Notes: generated by a model from the sequence alone, not told the origin. A DNA stretch of 64,000 bases from Nitrosopumilus sp. (GCA_965218785.1 OZ244650.1:480001-544000), one strand, 5' to 3'; counted from the stretch's first letter, positions 1 through 11,113 are shown. Program-made: numbers and translations.

Positions 1-1
1 C

Positions 2-3000
2 AAATTATTACAATCAACATGTCGCTCTTGTGCAAGGCTCAAGGTTCCTCAGGAAAACCTGGACACGTTTAAAAAAATCAAAGACAAGCATGCTGCCTAT
101 ACTGTAATCTCCCAAAAGCGTATTCCAGAACAAATCATAGAAAAGGCCAAAAAGGCAAAAGAATGCCCCCATTGTGGAAAGACACAATACGAATTGATCT
201 TTACAAAACCGACTATTTTTGTTGAAAAAACGGAGATTGGTGAACATAGATTGCTCCCAATTACAATTAGAGAAAGATTTTCACAGATACTTGATGAGGA
301 CTTGAAATTATTATTGTATGATCCTGCTACTGCCAGACCTGAATGGTTCATTCTTCAGGCATTACCTGTCCCACCGGTAACTGTCAGGCCGTCAATCATT
401 CTCGAGACCGGAATAAGATCCGAAGATGATCTGACACACAAAATGGTCGATATCATCAGAGTTAATCAAAGATTAAAAGAAAGTAAGGAGGCAGGGACAC
501 CCCCGTTAATTGTCCAGGACCTAGTAGACCTGTTACAGTATCATACTACGACATATTTTGACAACGAGGTTTCTGGAATCCCACAGGCGCATCATCGCTC
601 CGGACGTCCACTCAAAACATTGACTCAGAGATTAAAGGGAAAAGAAGGAAGATTTAGGGGCTCTTTATCTGGAAAAAGGGTTGATTTTTCAAGCAGAACT
701 GTCATCTCACCTGATCCCAACTTGGATTTGTCTGAAGTCGGCGTTCCCATAGCAGTTGCTACAAAACTGACAATTCCTGAAATTGTTACAGAATGGAATA
801 TTGAGAGAATGAAAAAACTCGTGATTCACGGACCTGAAACCTTTCCGGGTGTGAACTATATTGTAAGACCTGATGGCGTCAAGATTAGATTGGATTTTGT
901 AGAAGATCGCTCTACAATTGCTGAAACATTAGAAATTGGATATCTTGTTGAAAGACACCTTGCAGATGGTGATATTGTGATGTTTAACCGACAGCCTTCT
1001 CTTCACCAGATGTCTATCATGGCTCATTATGTCAAGGTGCTTCCAGGCAAAACATTCAGACTGCATCCTTCAGTATGTCCTCCATATAACGCAGACTTTG
1101 ATGGTGATGAGATGAATCTTCATGTCCCTCAAAGTGAAGAAGCAAGGGCAGAGGCAATTCTTTTGATGCGAGTTCAAGATCAACTGATCTCTCCAAGATA
1201 TGGCGGTCCGATTATTGGGGCACTAAGGGATTTTGTCACCGGTGCATATCTTTTAACTAAGGACGACACGACTCTTACCATTCAGGAATTCTCAAACCTT
1301 GCAATGCTTGGCGGCTATACTGACGTACTTCCCAAACCCGCTGCCAAAACAAAAGACGGGCCTGCATACACTGGAAAACAACTATTCTCGCTGTTTCTTC
1401 CAAAAGACTTTAACTATGTTATAACGTCAAAATGGTCTAAAGGAACAAGCGGTCCTCAAAACGACGTTGTAATCAAAAACGGCGAACTAATCAGCGGTGT
1501 AATTGATAAAACATCAATTGGTGCAGAAGAGCCTGAAAGTGTTTTACACCGAATTGCAAAAGATTACGGCAATGTAGTTGGGAAAAACTTCCTGAACTCT
1601 ATTCTGATCATGGTCAAACAGTTCATTACTCACTATGGCTTTAGTTATGGTTTTGGTGATCTTGTAGTGCCAGAAAAAGAAAAACAGCAGATTCTAGATG
1701 ATATTCAAGGGACATATGACGTTGTTGCCGATTTAATCAAGCAGTATGAAAAGGGAACCCTCAAACTCACACGAGGTATGAGGCCACAGGAGGCTTTAGA
1801 AGCATACATTGTCAATGAGCTGGGAAAGGCAAGAGACAAGGCAGGCTCTACTGCAAATGACTCCCTTGATGACAGTAACGCAGGAAAGATCATGGCTACT
1901 ACCGGTGCTCGTGGTTCATCTTTGAACGTGGGCCAGATGGCAGGTGCTTTAGGCCAGCAATCACGAAGGGGAAACAGACTGCATGACGGGTACAATAATC
2001 GAGCACTGACACACTATCAAGAACATGACAATAATCCTGACGCACACGGATTTGTAAAATCCAATTACAGAGAGGGTCTCTCTGCACTGGAATTTTTCTT
2101 CCATGCCATGGGTGGCCGTGAGGGACTAGTAGATACTGCAGTCAGAACACAGCAAAGCGGTTACATGCAACGCAGGCTGATTAATGCATTAGAACACATT
2201 AGATTAGAATATGACGGAACGGTAAGGGATCCGCACGGTCACATAGTTCAATTCCTTTATGGTGAAGATGGAATCGATGTTGCAAAAAGTGATCATGGCG
2301 AGGCATTTAACATTAAGAGACTAATTGAATCCCAAACCATCATTGATACTGGGAAAAAGGCTACAAAAGAGGATGTTGATACACTTGCCAAAAAATATAC
2401 AAAGACGTTTAATCCACGATTAACCTCCCTCGTTGCTGACGGTCTGCAAAACTCTGGATTAAGTAGAAACGGCGTAGAAACCGTATGTAAAAAGGGACTA
2501 ACGCTTTACAACAAGGCACAGGTGGAACCGGGTCAAGCAGTGGGAATCATCACTGCTCAGTCAATTGGCGAACCGGGTACGCAGATGACTCTAAGAACAT
2601 TCCACTTTGCAGGAATCAAGGAAAGAAACGTTACGCTGGGTCTTCCAAGACTGATTGAACTAGTCGATGCAAGAAAGAAACCAGTTACCCCTACTATGGA
2701 TATTTACCTTGATGAGGAATCAAAGAAATCACGTGAAAAGGCAATCGAGGTTGCAAGAAATGTGCTGCAAACCAAAGTCAGCGCGCTAATTGTTGACAAT
2801 GAAACTGATTATTCGACCCAAATTAAATTAATTCTAAGTCAAAACAGACTCAAAGAACGCGGATGTTCCATTGCAGAAGTAGAGGCCGCGCTATCTTCCA
2901 ATAAAAAATTCAAAATGGAGACAATCGGTGAATTAATCACCCTGACACTAGTTGAGGAATCTGATACTGCAACTGCTATCGCAATCAGAAACAAGGTTCT

Positions 3001-3511
3001 TAACACTACTGTCAAGGGAGTACCAGATATTGAACGTGTGACCCTGGTTCAAAAAGACGACGAATGGGTTATTCAAACGACTGGCTCTAACATTGCCAAA
3101 GTACTTGAGGTCAAGGGCATTGATAGAAAAAGTGTCATGACAAATAACGTCTTTGAGATTGCAGGAACGCTGGGTATTGAAGCTGCCCGAAATGCTTTGA
3201 TTAATGAACTTAACAGTACTTTGGATGATCAGGGACTGGAAGTTGATAATAGATACATCATGCTGGTCTCTGATTTGATGTGTTCTAGAGGCTACATGCA
3301 ACAAATTGGCAGGCATGGGATCGCCGGAACCAAAGACAGCGTTCTTGCCAGAGCCGCATTTGAAATTACGGTGCCGACAATTGCGCATGCCGCACTTGGC
3401 GGTGAAGTCGAACAACTCAAAGGAATCACTGAAAATGTAATTGTTGGAAGCAACATTCCGATTGGAAGTGGGACTGTTGATCTGTACATGCAAGTCTCCA
3501 AAAAAAGGTGA
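2..3511 (+). CDS. rpoA1: DNA-directed RNA polymerase largest subunit, fused A'/A'' (5'-truncated by window)
   Basis: Catalytic NADFDGD motif, GKRVDFS; A''-type AQSIGEPGTQMT and LARAAFE lie in the same frame; frame is open from base 2. Confidence 0.98.
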   Translation, partial: KLLQSTCRSCARLKVPQENLDTFKKIKDKHAAYTVISQKRIPEQIIEKAKKAKECPHCGKTQYELIFTKPTIFVEKTEIGEHRLLPITIRERFSQILDEDLKLLLYDPATARPEWFILQALPVPPVTVRPSIILETGIRSEDDLTHKMVDIIRVNQRLKESKEAGTPPLIVQDLVDLLQYHTTTYFDNEVSGIPQAHHRSGRPLKTLTQRLKGKEGRFRGSLSGKRVDFSSRTVISPDPNLDLSEVGVPIAVATKLTIPEIVTEWNIERMKKLVIHGPETFPGVNYIVRPDGVKIRLDFVEDRSTIAETLEIGYLVERHLADGDIVMFNRQPSLHQMSIMAHYVKVLPGKTFRLHPSVCPPYNADFDGDEMNLHVPQSEEARAEAILLMRVQDQLISPRYGGPIIGALRDFVTGAYLLTKDDTTLTIQEFSNLAMLGGYTDVLPKPAAKTKDGPAYTGKQLFSLFLPKDFNYVITSKWSKGTSGPQNDVVIKNGELISGVIDKTSIGAEEPESVLHRIAKDYGNVVGKNFLNSILIMVKQFITHYGFSYGFGDLVVPEKEKQQILDDIQGTYDVVADLIKQYEKGTLKLTRGMRPQEALEAYIVNELGKARDKAGSTANDSLDDSNAGKIMATTGARGSSLNVGQMAGALGQQSRRGNRLHDGYNNRALTHYQEHDNNPDAHGFVKSNYREGLSALEFFFHAMGGREGLVDTAVRTQQSGYMQRRLINALEHIRLEYDGTVRDPHGHIVQFLYGEDGIDVAKSDHGEAFNIKRLIESQTIIDTGKKATKEDVDTLAKKYTKTFNPRLTSLVADGLQNSGLSRNGVETVCKKGLTLYNKAQVEPGQAVGIITAQSIGEPGTQMTLRTFHFAGIKERNVTLGLPRLIELVDARKKPVTPTMDIYLDEESKKSREKAIEVARNVLQTKVSALIVDNETDYSTQIKLILSQNRLKERGCSIAEVEAALSSNKKFKMETIGELITLTLVEESDTATAIAIRNKVLNTTVKGVPDIERVTLVQKDDEWVIQTTGSNIAKVLEVKGIDRKSVMTNNVFEIAGTLGIEAARNALINELNSTLDDQGLEVDNRYIMLVSDLMCSRGYMQQIGRHGIAGTKDSVLARAAFEITVPTIAHAALGGEVEQLKGITENVIVGSNIPIGSGTVDLYMQVSKKR

Positions 3512-3993
3512 CTAGCTATGTCTGGAAATCAGATTTTCACATGTCTTTGATGTAAAATCCGAAAGGAGCTAAAGAAATCCACGGCAGACTGGTGAAAAAT
3601 ATCTTTTCAACTGATTTTAGGGAAAAATATCGTTTATGTGGCATCCATGATTACTGATTACTGCCTAATTATATCGGGATGGACATGTTTGAATGACAGG
3701 CATTTGAGAAATTCATCAGATAAGTGAAAACAACAAGAATCGAGGAGGAAAATAGACAGTAAGACGGATGGTTTGGAGATTATGATTGCCATACGATTAA
3801 CGCTCAAGTTAACAATCTTTGCACGATAACATTTGTTGTATTTTTGGAACTTTGAAAATGCCTAAATATGGCTCAACTCAGCTGGAATTATAGAAAAATT
3901 GTCTAAACTTTTATCCATCCCATTTAACAAATATGTAAAAATTGCCAATCTGTGCACGCAAGCAAGCAAGAGAAAATAATTCAAGTGAATATT

Positions 3994-4224
3994 ATGGTCT
4001 ATGAAATTTCAACCTTAATGACAAACAGCAAAGACAAGACAGTATTGCTCAGAATGAGAAACAGCAAAACCATTCAAGGCATCCTCAAAGATTTTGACAT
4101 TCATATGAATCTGACTCTGGAAAATGCCGAAGATATCTCTGATGAGACACCTGCAAAACTCGGAACTGTTTTGATACGCGGTGATAATATTCTGGTAGTC
4201 TCCATTCCTGTGGAAGAATCTTAA
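3994..4224 (+). CDS. Sm-like archaeal protein (Lsm/SmAP)
   Basis: Sm1 motif G.L..FD.HMNL.L..AE and Sm2 motif LIRGDNI; ATG at 3994 preferred as start. Confidence 0.92.
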   Translation: MVYEISTLMTNSKDKTVLLRMRNSKTIQGILKDFDIHMNLTLENAEDISDETPAKLGTVLIRGDNILVVSIPVEES

Positions 4225-4267
4225 AACCTGTTTCAAATGTTAAATTCAATAACTGATTAATTTTATC

Positions 4268-5449
4268 ATGCATCTTTTCTTACTGTTCTCCCCGTTGATT
4301 CTTTTTCCTGCATTTGGAGAACCGATTCCTGATTATAATGATCCATACTCCCCAATTTTCACAGACAATTCAATGTATTCTTGGACTGACAAAGTCAAAA
4401 TGACAATTGTTGCGCCAAGCTGGAATACTAATAGACATCTGATTGATTCAATTGGGGATACTGAAGATCATTCAATTAAAATCTCAACAAGGGATCACTC
4501 CCTAGAGCCATACAGGTTTACTGAAACGGATGCCAATTCCGGAATTTTCACTGCAGAGATCATTCTTACGGGTTTTTCACATGATGCCAACGGTGATGGA
4601 AATACCGACACAACACCGAGAACAACTGGCAACGGTCCAACAGGTGGATTCTTGGAAGTTGATAGGGATTCGGCAGTTACCATCTCTTTTGAATTTGCAG
4701 ACGGAGTAATACTGACCGAATCTGTTCCTGTAGGTTGGAATCTTGGAACAATCCAATTTTTAGAAGAGATTTTTTCCTCAGATAAATCTGCCGTGGTTCG
4801 TGTCATTGATCCGGACATGAATCTTCGTCCCGAGGCAATAGATACAATTCAGCTCGAATTTTTTTCAGATTCTGACTCTGCCGGGATTGGCGTTGATGCC
4901 ATAGAAACATCTGAAAGTTCTGGCTTGTTTCTGACTACAATCTTTTTTTCACAAACTTCATCTTCGAGTGGCAATAGGCTCTATGTCCTGCCCGGAGATC
5001 AAATCATTGCCAAATATGACGATTACACGTTACCAAAACCATATTCAATCTCAGACAATTTGAAAATTGAAACTTTTGCAAAAATCAAATCATCCGTTCT
5101 TCCAACTGACAGATTGAAAAATCTTCCCATAGTTTTTTCTGACAGTCTTGATAATGAATTACGATCATTTTCTACAAACGACCAAATACAGATAGTTGGA
5201 ACCCTACTAAATCAACATGATTTCAGACAGAAGTTTGTTTATCTGTTCCAAGTAAAAGACTCTACAAACCATGTCGAATCAATTTCATGGATTCAAGGTG
5301 AGTTGTATCCGGATCAAAGCATAGGCGTTTCCCGGTCCTGGATTCCTAAAAATTCTGGAATATATACAGTTGAAACATTTGTCTGGGATTCCCTTGTCAG
5401 TCAGATACCGCTGGGGAATTTAACATCCACTACAGTTTATATCAACTAG
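4268..5449 (+). CDS. Secreted thaumarchaeal S-layer-like (Ig-like repeat) protein
   Basis: Signal peptide, repeated ET..SG.F motifs, VIDPDMN, C-terminal YLFQVKD...SWIP..SGIYTVETFVW domain seen in thaumarchaeal S-layer proteins. Confidence 0.65.
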   Translation: MHLFLLFSPLILFPAFGEPIPDYNDPYSPIFTDNSMYSWTDKVKMTIVAPSWNTNRHLIDSIGDTEDHSIKISTRDHSLEPYRFTETDANSGIFTAEIILTGFSHDANGDGNTDTTPRTTGNGPTGGFLEVDRDSAVTISFEFADGVILTESVPVGWNLGTIQFLEEIFSSDKSAVVRVIDPDMNLRPEAIDTIQLEFFSDSDSAGIGVDAIETSESSGLFLTTIFFSQTSSSSGNRLYVLPGDQIIAKYDDYTLPKPYSISDNLKIETFAKIKSSVLPTDRLKNLPIVFSDSLDNELRSFSTNDQIQIVGTLLNQHDFRQKFVYLFQVKDSTNHVESISWIQGELYPDQSIGVSRSWIPKNSGIYTVETFVWDSLVSQIPLGNLTSTTVYIN

Positions 5450-5667
5450 TCTGCCTTTTGCCTGTCAAATGATGCAGCGGTGAACCCACCCTCAACCTGA
5501 AAACCATTTTGTTTGAATCACAAAACCCCGCAGATTTTTTCCTGGTACTGTGTTTTCTTCTTTTTGCTCCCTGTTTGGTTTTTCAAACCAAGTATTTCTA
5601 CTTTGAGATGCGTATACTTCAATAAACCTATAAAGCCCCGTTAAGACGATCGTCATTAAGGTAAGAC

Positions 5668-5991
5668 ATGAGTAAGATACTTGAAAAATCACTGAAAGAC
5701 GCCCGCAAAGAAGATAAATTGATAATGGGTGCTAAACAAGTTTTAAGCTCTGTAAAAAACTCCAAGCTAGTTGTATTGTCTCAATCAGTTGAGAAGGAAA
5801 TGTTTGAGAAAATTGAATCAGATGCAAAAAAAGAAAAAATACCCCTAGTTAACTTTCAAGGAACCTCAGTTGCATTAGGCAGATTATGTGGCTTGCAATT
5901 TAGAATTTCGACAATTTCATTTACATCAATAACTGACGCAAGCATCAAATCCATTCTAAAAGATACAGAAGCTGAGGAAAAAAATGAATAG
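5668..5991 (+). CDS. rpl30e: 50S ribosomal protein L30e
   Basis: L7Ae/L30e motifs (GAKQV, GTSVALGRLCG); canonical position before nusA. Confidence 0.9.
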   Translation: MSKILEKSLKDARKEDKLIMGAKQVLSSVKNSKLVVLSQSVEKEMFEKIESDAKKEKIPLVNFQGTSVALGRLCGLQFRISTISFTSITDASIKSILKDTEAEEKNE

Positions 5992-6055
5992 TTACATTTT
6001 ATTTTATGAAAGTTTAAATGAGACATTTTTTGTTCGGAGATAAAAAGGAATTCTA

Positions 6056-6520
6056 ATGACACAATCAATTAAATTATCAACTGATCAAATGCGTATGATG
6101 TCTCTTTTCCAAAATGTTACAGGTGCAACTGCACGTGATTGTATTGAAGATGAAAAACAAGACAGAGTAATTTTCGTAGTTAATTCAGGCAAGATGGGTC
6201 TGGCAATCGGCAAAGGTGGAATCCATATCAAATCATTACAAAACATTGTAAAGAGAAATGTTGAATTGGTGGAATTTGATGAAGATCCTGCAAAATTTTT
6301 GTCTAATTTGCTCAATTCCAAACTAATCTCTGAAGTAAAAATAAATACGCGGGCCGATGGGTCAAAACAGGCGATTGTTATAGTAGACCCCAGAAAGAAA
6401 GGAATCGTTGTTGGCAGAGACGGCAGAAATGCTGAGAAGGCAAGATTGCTTGCAAAACGATATTTCAACATTACAAACGTAATGATTAACAATCCAGAAA
6501 AAGCAGCCATGGAGATGTAA
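6056..6520 (+). CDS. nusA: Archaeal NusA (KH domains)
   Basis: GLAIGKGG and GIVVGRDGRN KH motifs; synteny. Confidence 0.95.
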   Translation: MTQSIKLSTDQMRMMSLFQNVTGATARDCIEDEKQDRVIFVVNSGKMGLAIGKGGIHIKSLQNIVKRNVELVEFDEDPAKFLSNLLNSKLISEVKINTRADGSKQAIVIVDPRKKGIVVGRDGRNAEKARLLAKRYFNITNVMINNPEKAAMEM

Positions 6521-6523
6521 GAT

Positions 6524-6961
6524 ATGAGAAAATCACCCCTTGGATTATTTGCAGGACGTGTTCTGACTACTAAAAAAAAGAGACAGAGATGGGCGATCTC
6601 CACTTACAAAAGAAGGAAGCTTGGCATTGACAAAAAGGCTGATCCTCTTGGGGGTGCTCCGCAAGCAAGAGGTATTGTTTTAGAAAAAGTAGGTATTGCG
6701 GCAAAACAGCCAAACTCGGCTGTAAGAAAATGCGTCAGAGTTCAATTGATTAAAAACGGCAAAACTGTTACAGCATTTTTGCCCCGAGACGGCGCAATGA
6801 ACTTTATTGATGAGCACGATGAGGTTCACATTCAAGGAATGGGTGCGACTCAGGGCGGTGCGATGGGGGACATTCCAGGAGTCCGATTCAAAGTTTTCAA
6901 AGTTAATGGCACATCCCTTCATGAATTGGTAATCGGGAAGAAGGAAAAACCAAGGAGATAG
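6524..6961 (+). CDS. rps12: 30S ribosomal protein S12 (uS12)
   Basis: [20 protein letters not shown]. Confidence 0.98.
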   Translation: MRKSPLGLFAGRVLTTKKKRQRWAISTYKRRKLGIDKKADPLGGAPQARGIVLEKVGIAAKQPNSAVRKCVRVQLIKNGKTVTAFLPRDGAMNFIDEHDEVHIQGMGATQGGAMGDIPGVRFKVFKVNGTSLHELVIGKKEKPRR

Positions 6962-6963
6962 AA

Positions 6964-7563
6964 ATGGCACAGACAAAGAATTTATTATTATTTAGAAAAT
7001 GGGACATGTCTGACATTGAGGTTAAAGATCCCGGATTAAAGACTGCAATCTCGCTTAGAAAACAAATCCTGCCATATACCTATGGCCGTTCTGCACTCAA
7101 GCGATTCAATAAAGCCGATGTCAACATCGTTGAAAGATTAATCAACAAGACTATGCACTTTGGAAAAAAATACGCAAAAAATACCGGAAGAATGACAGGC
7201 AAAAAAACCAAGGTTCTCAATACAGTAAAGACTGCATTTGATATTATTGCACTTAAAACTGGACAAAACCCAGTTGAGATCTTAGTTAGGGCAGTGGAAT
7301 TCTCTGCTCCCAATGAGGATACGACTAGGATTGTTTATGGGGGAACCGTCTACCATGTGTCAGTTGATGTTGCTCCAATCAGACGAGTAGACTTGGCCTT
7401 AAAATTCATTTCAGATGCAATAAAAGAATCCACATTTTCAAATCCAAAGCCGATTGAGGAACACATGGCCGAACAGCTTATCCTTTCAGCATCAAATAAT
7501 CCCAGCGCCCCCTCTGTAAAAAAGAAAAACGAACTAGAACGTATTGCACAGGCATCCAGATAG
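6964..7563 (+). CDS. rps7: 30S ribosomal protein S7 (uS7)
   Basis: VDVAPIRRVD, KKKNELERIAQASR; follows S12. Confidence 0.97.
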   Translation: MAQTKNLLLFRKWDMSDIEVKDPGLKTAISLRKQILPYTYGRSALKRFNKADVNIVERLINKTMHFGKKYAKNTGRMTGKKTKVLNTVKTAFDIIALKTGQNPVEILVRAVEFSAPNEDTTRIVYGGTVYHVSVDVAPIRRVDLALKFISDAIKESTFSNPKPIEEHMAEQLILSASNNPSAPSVKKKNELERIAQASR

Positions 7564-7571
7564 AAATTCAG

Positions 7572-7659
7572 TAGCCCGAGGCAGATTCGAACTGCCGTCT
7601 CCGCCTATCCACTCTTGAGATCCAGAGGGCAGAATCCTTGACCGCTAGACTATCGGGCT
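7572..7659 (-). tRNA. tRNA-Gln(CTG) with 15-nt intron at 37/38 (intron 7607-7621)
   Basis: Reverse strand folds to a cloverleaf: AGCCCGA/TCGGGCT acceptor, CTGCC-CT-CTG-G[intron]A-GGCGG anticodon arm, GGCAG-TTCGAAT-CTGCC T arm. Confidence 0.93.
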
Positions 7660-7691
7660 ACTAGAATAAATTTTGATGCTTTAGAATATAT

Positions 7692-8033
7692 TCATTTGTC
7701 GTAATTATTTTGTCTGACTTCATGGATTACCGTTGCATAGTCGCATTTGGCTTTCAGTCTCATGTATGGAATCAGTCTATAATGAATTGAATATCTGTCG
7801 TTTTCCTTTCGTAAAATACCCTTCTGCATTAGCGATACTAATCCCCGTGATGGGATTGTAATTGAGATATTTTTTTGCCTGCAGATTTCATCGCGTTTGC
7901 GTTGAAACTGTTTTAGCGAAAATTCAATGTCATTAATTTCCAAAATTAAAGGCCAGATAATCTCAGCCCACACAAATCTTCTATTCTCCGTGGCCGAGGC
8001 GTATTTTCCTTTTTCACTCAACATTAATAACAT
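7692..8033 (-). CDS. Hypothetical protein, possible winged-helix
   Basis: 113-aa ORF; SRGLVSLMQKGIL...RYSI resembles a wHTH recognition helix plus wing. Confidence 0.6.
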   Translation of the reverse strand: MLLMLSEKGKYASATENRRFVWAEIIWPLILEINDIEFSLKQFQRKRDEICRQKNISITIPSRGLVSLMQKGILRKENDRYSIHYRLIPYMRLKAKCDYATVIHEVRQNNYDK

Positions 8034-8056
8034 CTGTAAAAGATGTTATAACTTGA

Positions 8057-8761
8057 TTGTCTCAAAGTGAAATTAAAGAATCACTTGATCTGATGCAAAA
8101 AGACTGGGATGTGGACCCAATTTTACGTAAATTCATGCTAGGGGAAGTCACTGATGTATCGGACTATCTGATTAAAGTCAAAGATGTGGTTTTTCATGTC
8201 CCCTATCTGAATTCTGAAAAAAAATATATTTTATGGAAGTGTTTCTGGCCTGACTGTCACAACTGTTGTGACAGACAGGGAAGACTCCCGTTGACATCAG
8301 ATGATTTAATCACTATTGGAAAAGGCCTGAAATATCAAAAACACGCAGATTTCATAAAAAATGAAACACTTGTGGCAACTTACCAAGAACCGGGGCCTTC
8401 AGGACAGATGACAACGATGACTACGATTAATCTGAAGAGAAAAAAAGATGAGACAGAAGCTGATGATGGAACCCACATCTCATGCAGATTTTTAGATGAT
8501 GAGGGAGGCTGCAGCATGCATCCTGACAGACCGGGAGTGTGCTATCTGTATCCGTTTTCAACCTGGCTTGAAAATGAGGGTGGCACGGCACGTGTACATG
8601 CAACTTATCAATTCACTGGTGACTGTCCTGGATTTTATCTTGCAGAGAATTTGGATCCTATGAAAGATGAATTAAGGGAATATTCAAAAATTATCTATGA
8701 TTACAATATGGCATCAAATCGGACCAACAGGGAGGGATTTGGTTCCGTTAGTTTTGGATAG
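8057..8761 (+). CDS. YkgJ-family cysteine-cluster (Fe-S/Zn) protein
   Basis: C..DCHNCC, CRFL...GCSMH..RPGVCYLYPF, terminal CPG. Confidence 0.85.
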   Translation: MSQSEIKESLDLMQKDWDVDPILRKFMLGEVTDVSDYLIKVKDVVFHVPYLNSEKKYILWKCFWPDCHNCCDRQGRLPLTSDDLITIGKGLKYQKHADFIKNETLVATYQEPGPSGQMTTMTTINLKRKKDETEADDGTHISCRFLDDEGGCSMHPDRPGVCYLYPFSTWLENEGGTARVHATYQFTGDCPGFYLAENLDPMKDELREYSKIIYDYNMASNRTNREGFGSVSFG

Positions 8762-8842
8762 AATCTCATTTATGACGTGTCTTGGTGTTTCTCTCTCTAT
8801 CTATTTTTTTAAATTAGGATATCAACGGATGGCATTAGCATT

Positions 8843-9856
8843 TTACGCTTTGGCAACCTTCATCAGGTCGCCTATCTTGATATTCATGCCGAATCGGTCC
8901 TCATGTTTTTTCATATAACGAAATATTGCAATAAAGTCCGGTAGTGCCCTGAAGAAACTAAAATCTTTGTGAATTTTTGCCCTGACAAAATTGAACACCT
9001 TGGCATATATCTTGTAGTGTTTCTCAACTGCTCTTTGATATGCTGCAAAGTCATGCATATTCTCCAAGAAAATCTCAACACACTGCATTGATGGAATTAT
9101 TCCCTCGCCTAGCAGTGCATATACTGTTCCAATTGATTCTCCGACACCTACAACCTTTCCTGAATAGTATGGCTTGCATCTATCTGGCGTTGCCAGTCTT
9201 ATCGGTCTGCCTTTAGTTTGAATCACCTTACCGCCATGTTTCTTTAGAAATTCATCTGTTGCCTTGATGTGGTTCTTGTTGTAATCCCCTGCCCCAACAT
9301 GGGCGTGTTTCTTCCCTAATGGGAAATACCAAAAGTATCCTGACATGCCAGGAAACGGTTCGATGTAAAAATCATCGTATGGTACGCCGTCTTCATATTC
9401 TATTTTGTATTCGTATGTTGGTAAAAAAAAGTCATCTTTTAATCTTGGCAGATAAACCCTGTGGAATCCGGTACAATCAACTATCATGTCGTATTCTGTC
9501 TCTAGTTCTTCCAGTTTTGGTGCCTTGCCGTAGATTACTTTTGAATCCTTTATGAAATCCTTGATCAGCCCTAGCTTGTCATACGTACATAATCCTTTGA
9601 GTCCAATATCGAACTTTACATCATTGCTCATCCTGACATGCATGTTCTTTCCGTCATGGATTAGAAAATCATCAAAGTTACGTCCTGTCTTTTTGCAAAA
9701 CTCTGTCAGTGTCGGTTTGATTGTCCCCCACGCGCAAATCGAGTCATGGTTTTCCTCCTTCATTCTCTCATATCCTACGACCTCGTGTTTGGAATCTTTT
9801 AATCGGGCCATAAGATAGGATCCTGCCACTCCCATGCCCATCACTGCAATCTTCAA
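8843..9856 (-). CDS. FAD-dependent oxidoreductase (geranylgeranyl reductase-like)
   Basis: GMGVAG Rossmann motif, GYFWYFP, VGESIG, GEGI. Confidence 0.85.
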   Translation of the reverse strand: MKIAVMGMGVAGSYLMARLKDSKHEVVGYERMKEENHDSICAWGTIKPTLTEFCKKTGRNFDDFLIHDGKNMHVRMSNDVKFDIGLKGLCTYDKLGLIKDFIKDSKVIYGKAPKLEELETEYDMIVDCTGFHRVYLPRLKDDFFLPTYEYKIEYEDGVPYDDFYIEPFPGMSGYFWYFPLGKKHAHVGAGDYNKNHIKATDEFLKKHGGKVIQTKGRPIRLATPDRCKPYYSGKVVGVGESIGTVYALLGEGIIPSMQCVEIFLENMHDFAAYQRAVEKHYKIYAKVFNFVRAKIHKDFSFFRALPDFIAIFRYMKKHEDRFGMNIKIGDLMKVAKA

Positions 9857-10069
9857 GATGTTCTGCGAACAATTCAGACCTAATAAATATACTATCTGTA
9901 GCGGCTTGGCACATGTAGAAATGGAAATGTTTAGTGTATTGATGACGTGTCCGCTGAGCTGGCAGAAGATGGGACAGTATGAGGATCAGATATACAAACC
10001 GGTGTGAGGGGGAGATGATTCATTTGCAGAAACACCTCGGAATTTTTTTCTTTATTTCATGCTGATCAG

Positions 10070-10741
10070 CTAGTTTCTTTTTGGCAAAAATGGAATTATA
10101 GAGCGTACAAACTCCATCACATTTTTGGTTTGAATGTATACAGTTCCAGGCCCTATGATTTCAATTACTAGTGCCTCTCCTCCAAATAAGGTGGTCTTGA
10201 GACTGCCATGTCTTGTAACATTGTAACTAGCCGTAGAACTTAGTGCGACTAGCTGATAGTTGTCAATTATCATTTTTTCGCCTGCTTCTAGTTTATGTGA
10301 AATGATTCCGCCCCACGCGTTTACGAAAATCTCGCCATTACCCACGGTCTTTAGCATGAACATGTTTGTTCCAAAGATTCCCTTTGTGAATCCCTGCCAC
10401 TTTGTGTCAAGTGTCAGTTCCCCAGTAGAGCCTACAAATGCGCCTGATTGAACAATGAACTCTTCTTGTATCTTGATTACTTGGATGTCACCTAGTGTGT
10501 TTCCAGTTAATCCCAGCTTGCAGTTGTCCTCTTGTGCAATGAATTCATTTACAAAAAATGATTCACCGCCAAATGCTGCCGCTTTGATGGATTTTAGAAA
10601 TCCGCCCTTTCTCATTTTGGTTTCAGTTTTGATGTTGCCTTTGATGTATACCATGGCGGCAGCTTCTGCTGTAACCATTTCATCTTTATTTAATGTGAAC
10701 TCGATTAATCCCATTGGGTTTTTTAGAATTTGATATTCCAA
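10070..10741 (-). CDS. AIM24 / TIGR00266 family protein
   Basis: AEAAAMVY, GGESFFVNEF, FGGEALV...GPGTVYIQT. Confidence 0.9.
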   Translation of the reverse strand: MEYQILKNPMGLIEFTLNKDEMVTAEAAAMVYIKGNIKTETKMRKGGFLKSIKAAAFGGESFFVNEFIAQEDNCKLGLTGNTLGDIQVIKIQEEFIVQSGAFVGSTGELTLDTKWQGFTKGIFGTNMFMLKTVGNGEIFVNAWGGIISHKLEAGEKMIIDNYQLVALSSTASYNVTRHGSLKTTLFGGEALVIEIIGPGTVYIQTKNVMEFVRSIIPFLPKRN

Positions 10742-10887
10742 TGATTAAGTTTAGAATAGTATGATTTATAGAGTTTGTGTGTAATTGATTTCAGACTGAC
10801 ATACCCTGTTGGAATAAAAGTAGTGATTAATCGTATTCATTACAAGACAGATGTGAAAAAAATTCATATGGTACATTTGGATGAAGG

Positions 10888-11103
10888 TCAAAAGCAGAAC
10901 GTGTCGTATGTGCAGCATGTACCTGTTTCCAGAATCTGCACTGCTACGTGGATCCTCTTGAAAAATAGGTCTGCCTGATCTTTCATGACGTGGTTAGAGA
11001 ATTTCTCCAAGAGATATTCAAAATCCTTAATGTCGCATACTGTTGCACTTTGCAGGTGTTGTTTGATACGTATTATGTTGTCTAGCGCCTCTATTGCGTG
11101 CAT
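10888..11103 (-). CDS. Hypothetical protein or gene fragment
   Basis: 71-aa ORF just downstream of another short ORF; no motif recognised. Confidence 0.3.
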   Translation of the reverse strand: MHAIEALDNIIRIKQHLQSATVCDIKDFEYLLEKFSNHVMKDQADLFFKRIHVAVQILETGTCCTYDTFCF

Positions 11104-11113
11104 GTGTGCTACA

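Noticed and set aside
2-3511. Unsplit RNAP A'/A'' gene as a novelty
   Set aside because: Established trait of Thaumarchaeota; useful only as a taxonomic marker.
3512-3950. Long gap after rpoA as an ncRNA or gene
   Set aside because: Only short interrupted frames; no recognisable structure or family.
5469-5500. ATGATGC...CTGA as a C/D box sRNA
   Set aside because: Imperfect C box, too short, no clear C'/D' boxes and no identified target.
7572-7659. tRNA-Gln (and tRNA-Ser at 40144) as integration sites
   Set aside because: No integrase and no duplicated tRNA 3' end seen; short canonical introns are ordinary in this lineage.
9940-9990. TGATGA-N8-CTGA as a C/D box sRNA
   Set aside because: Guide only 8 nt and no convincing terminal D box.
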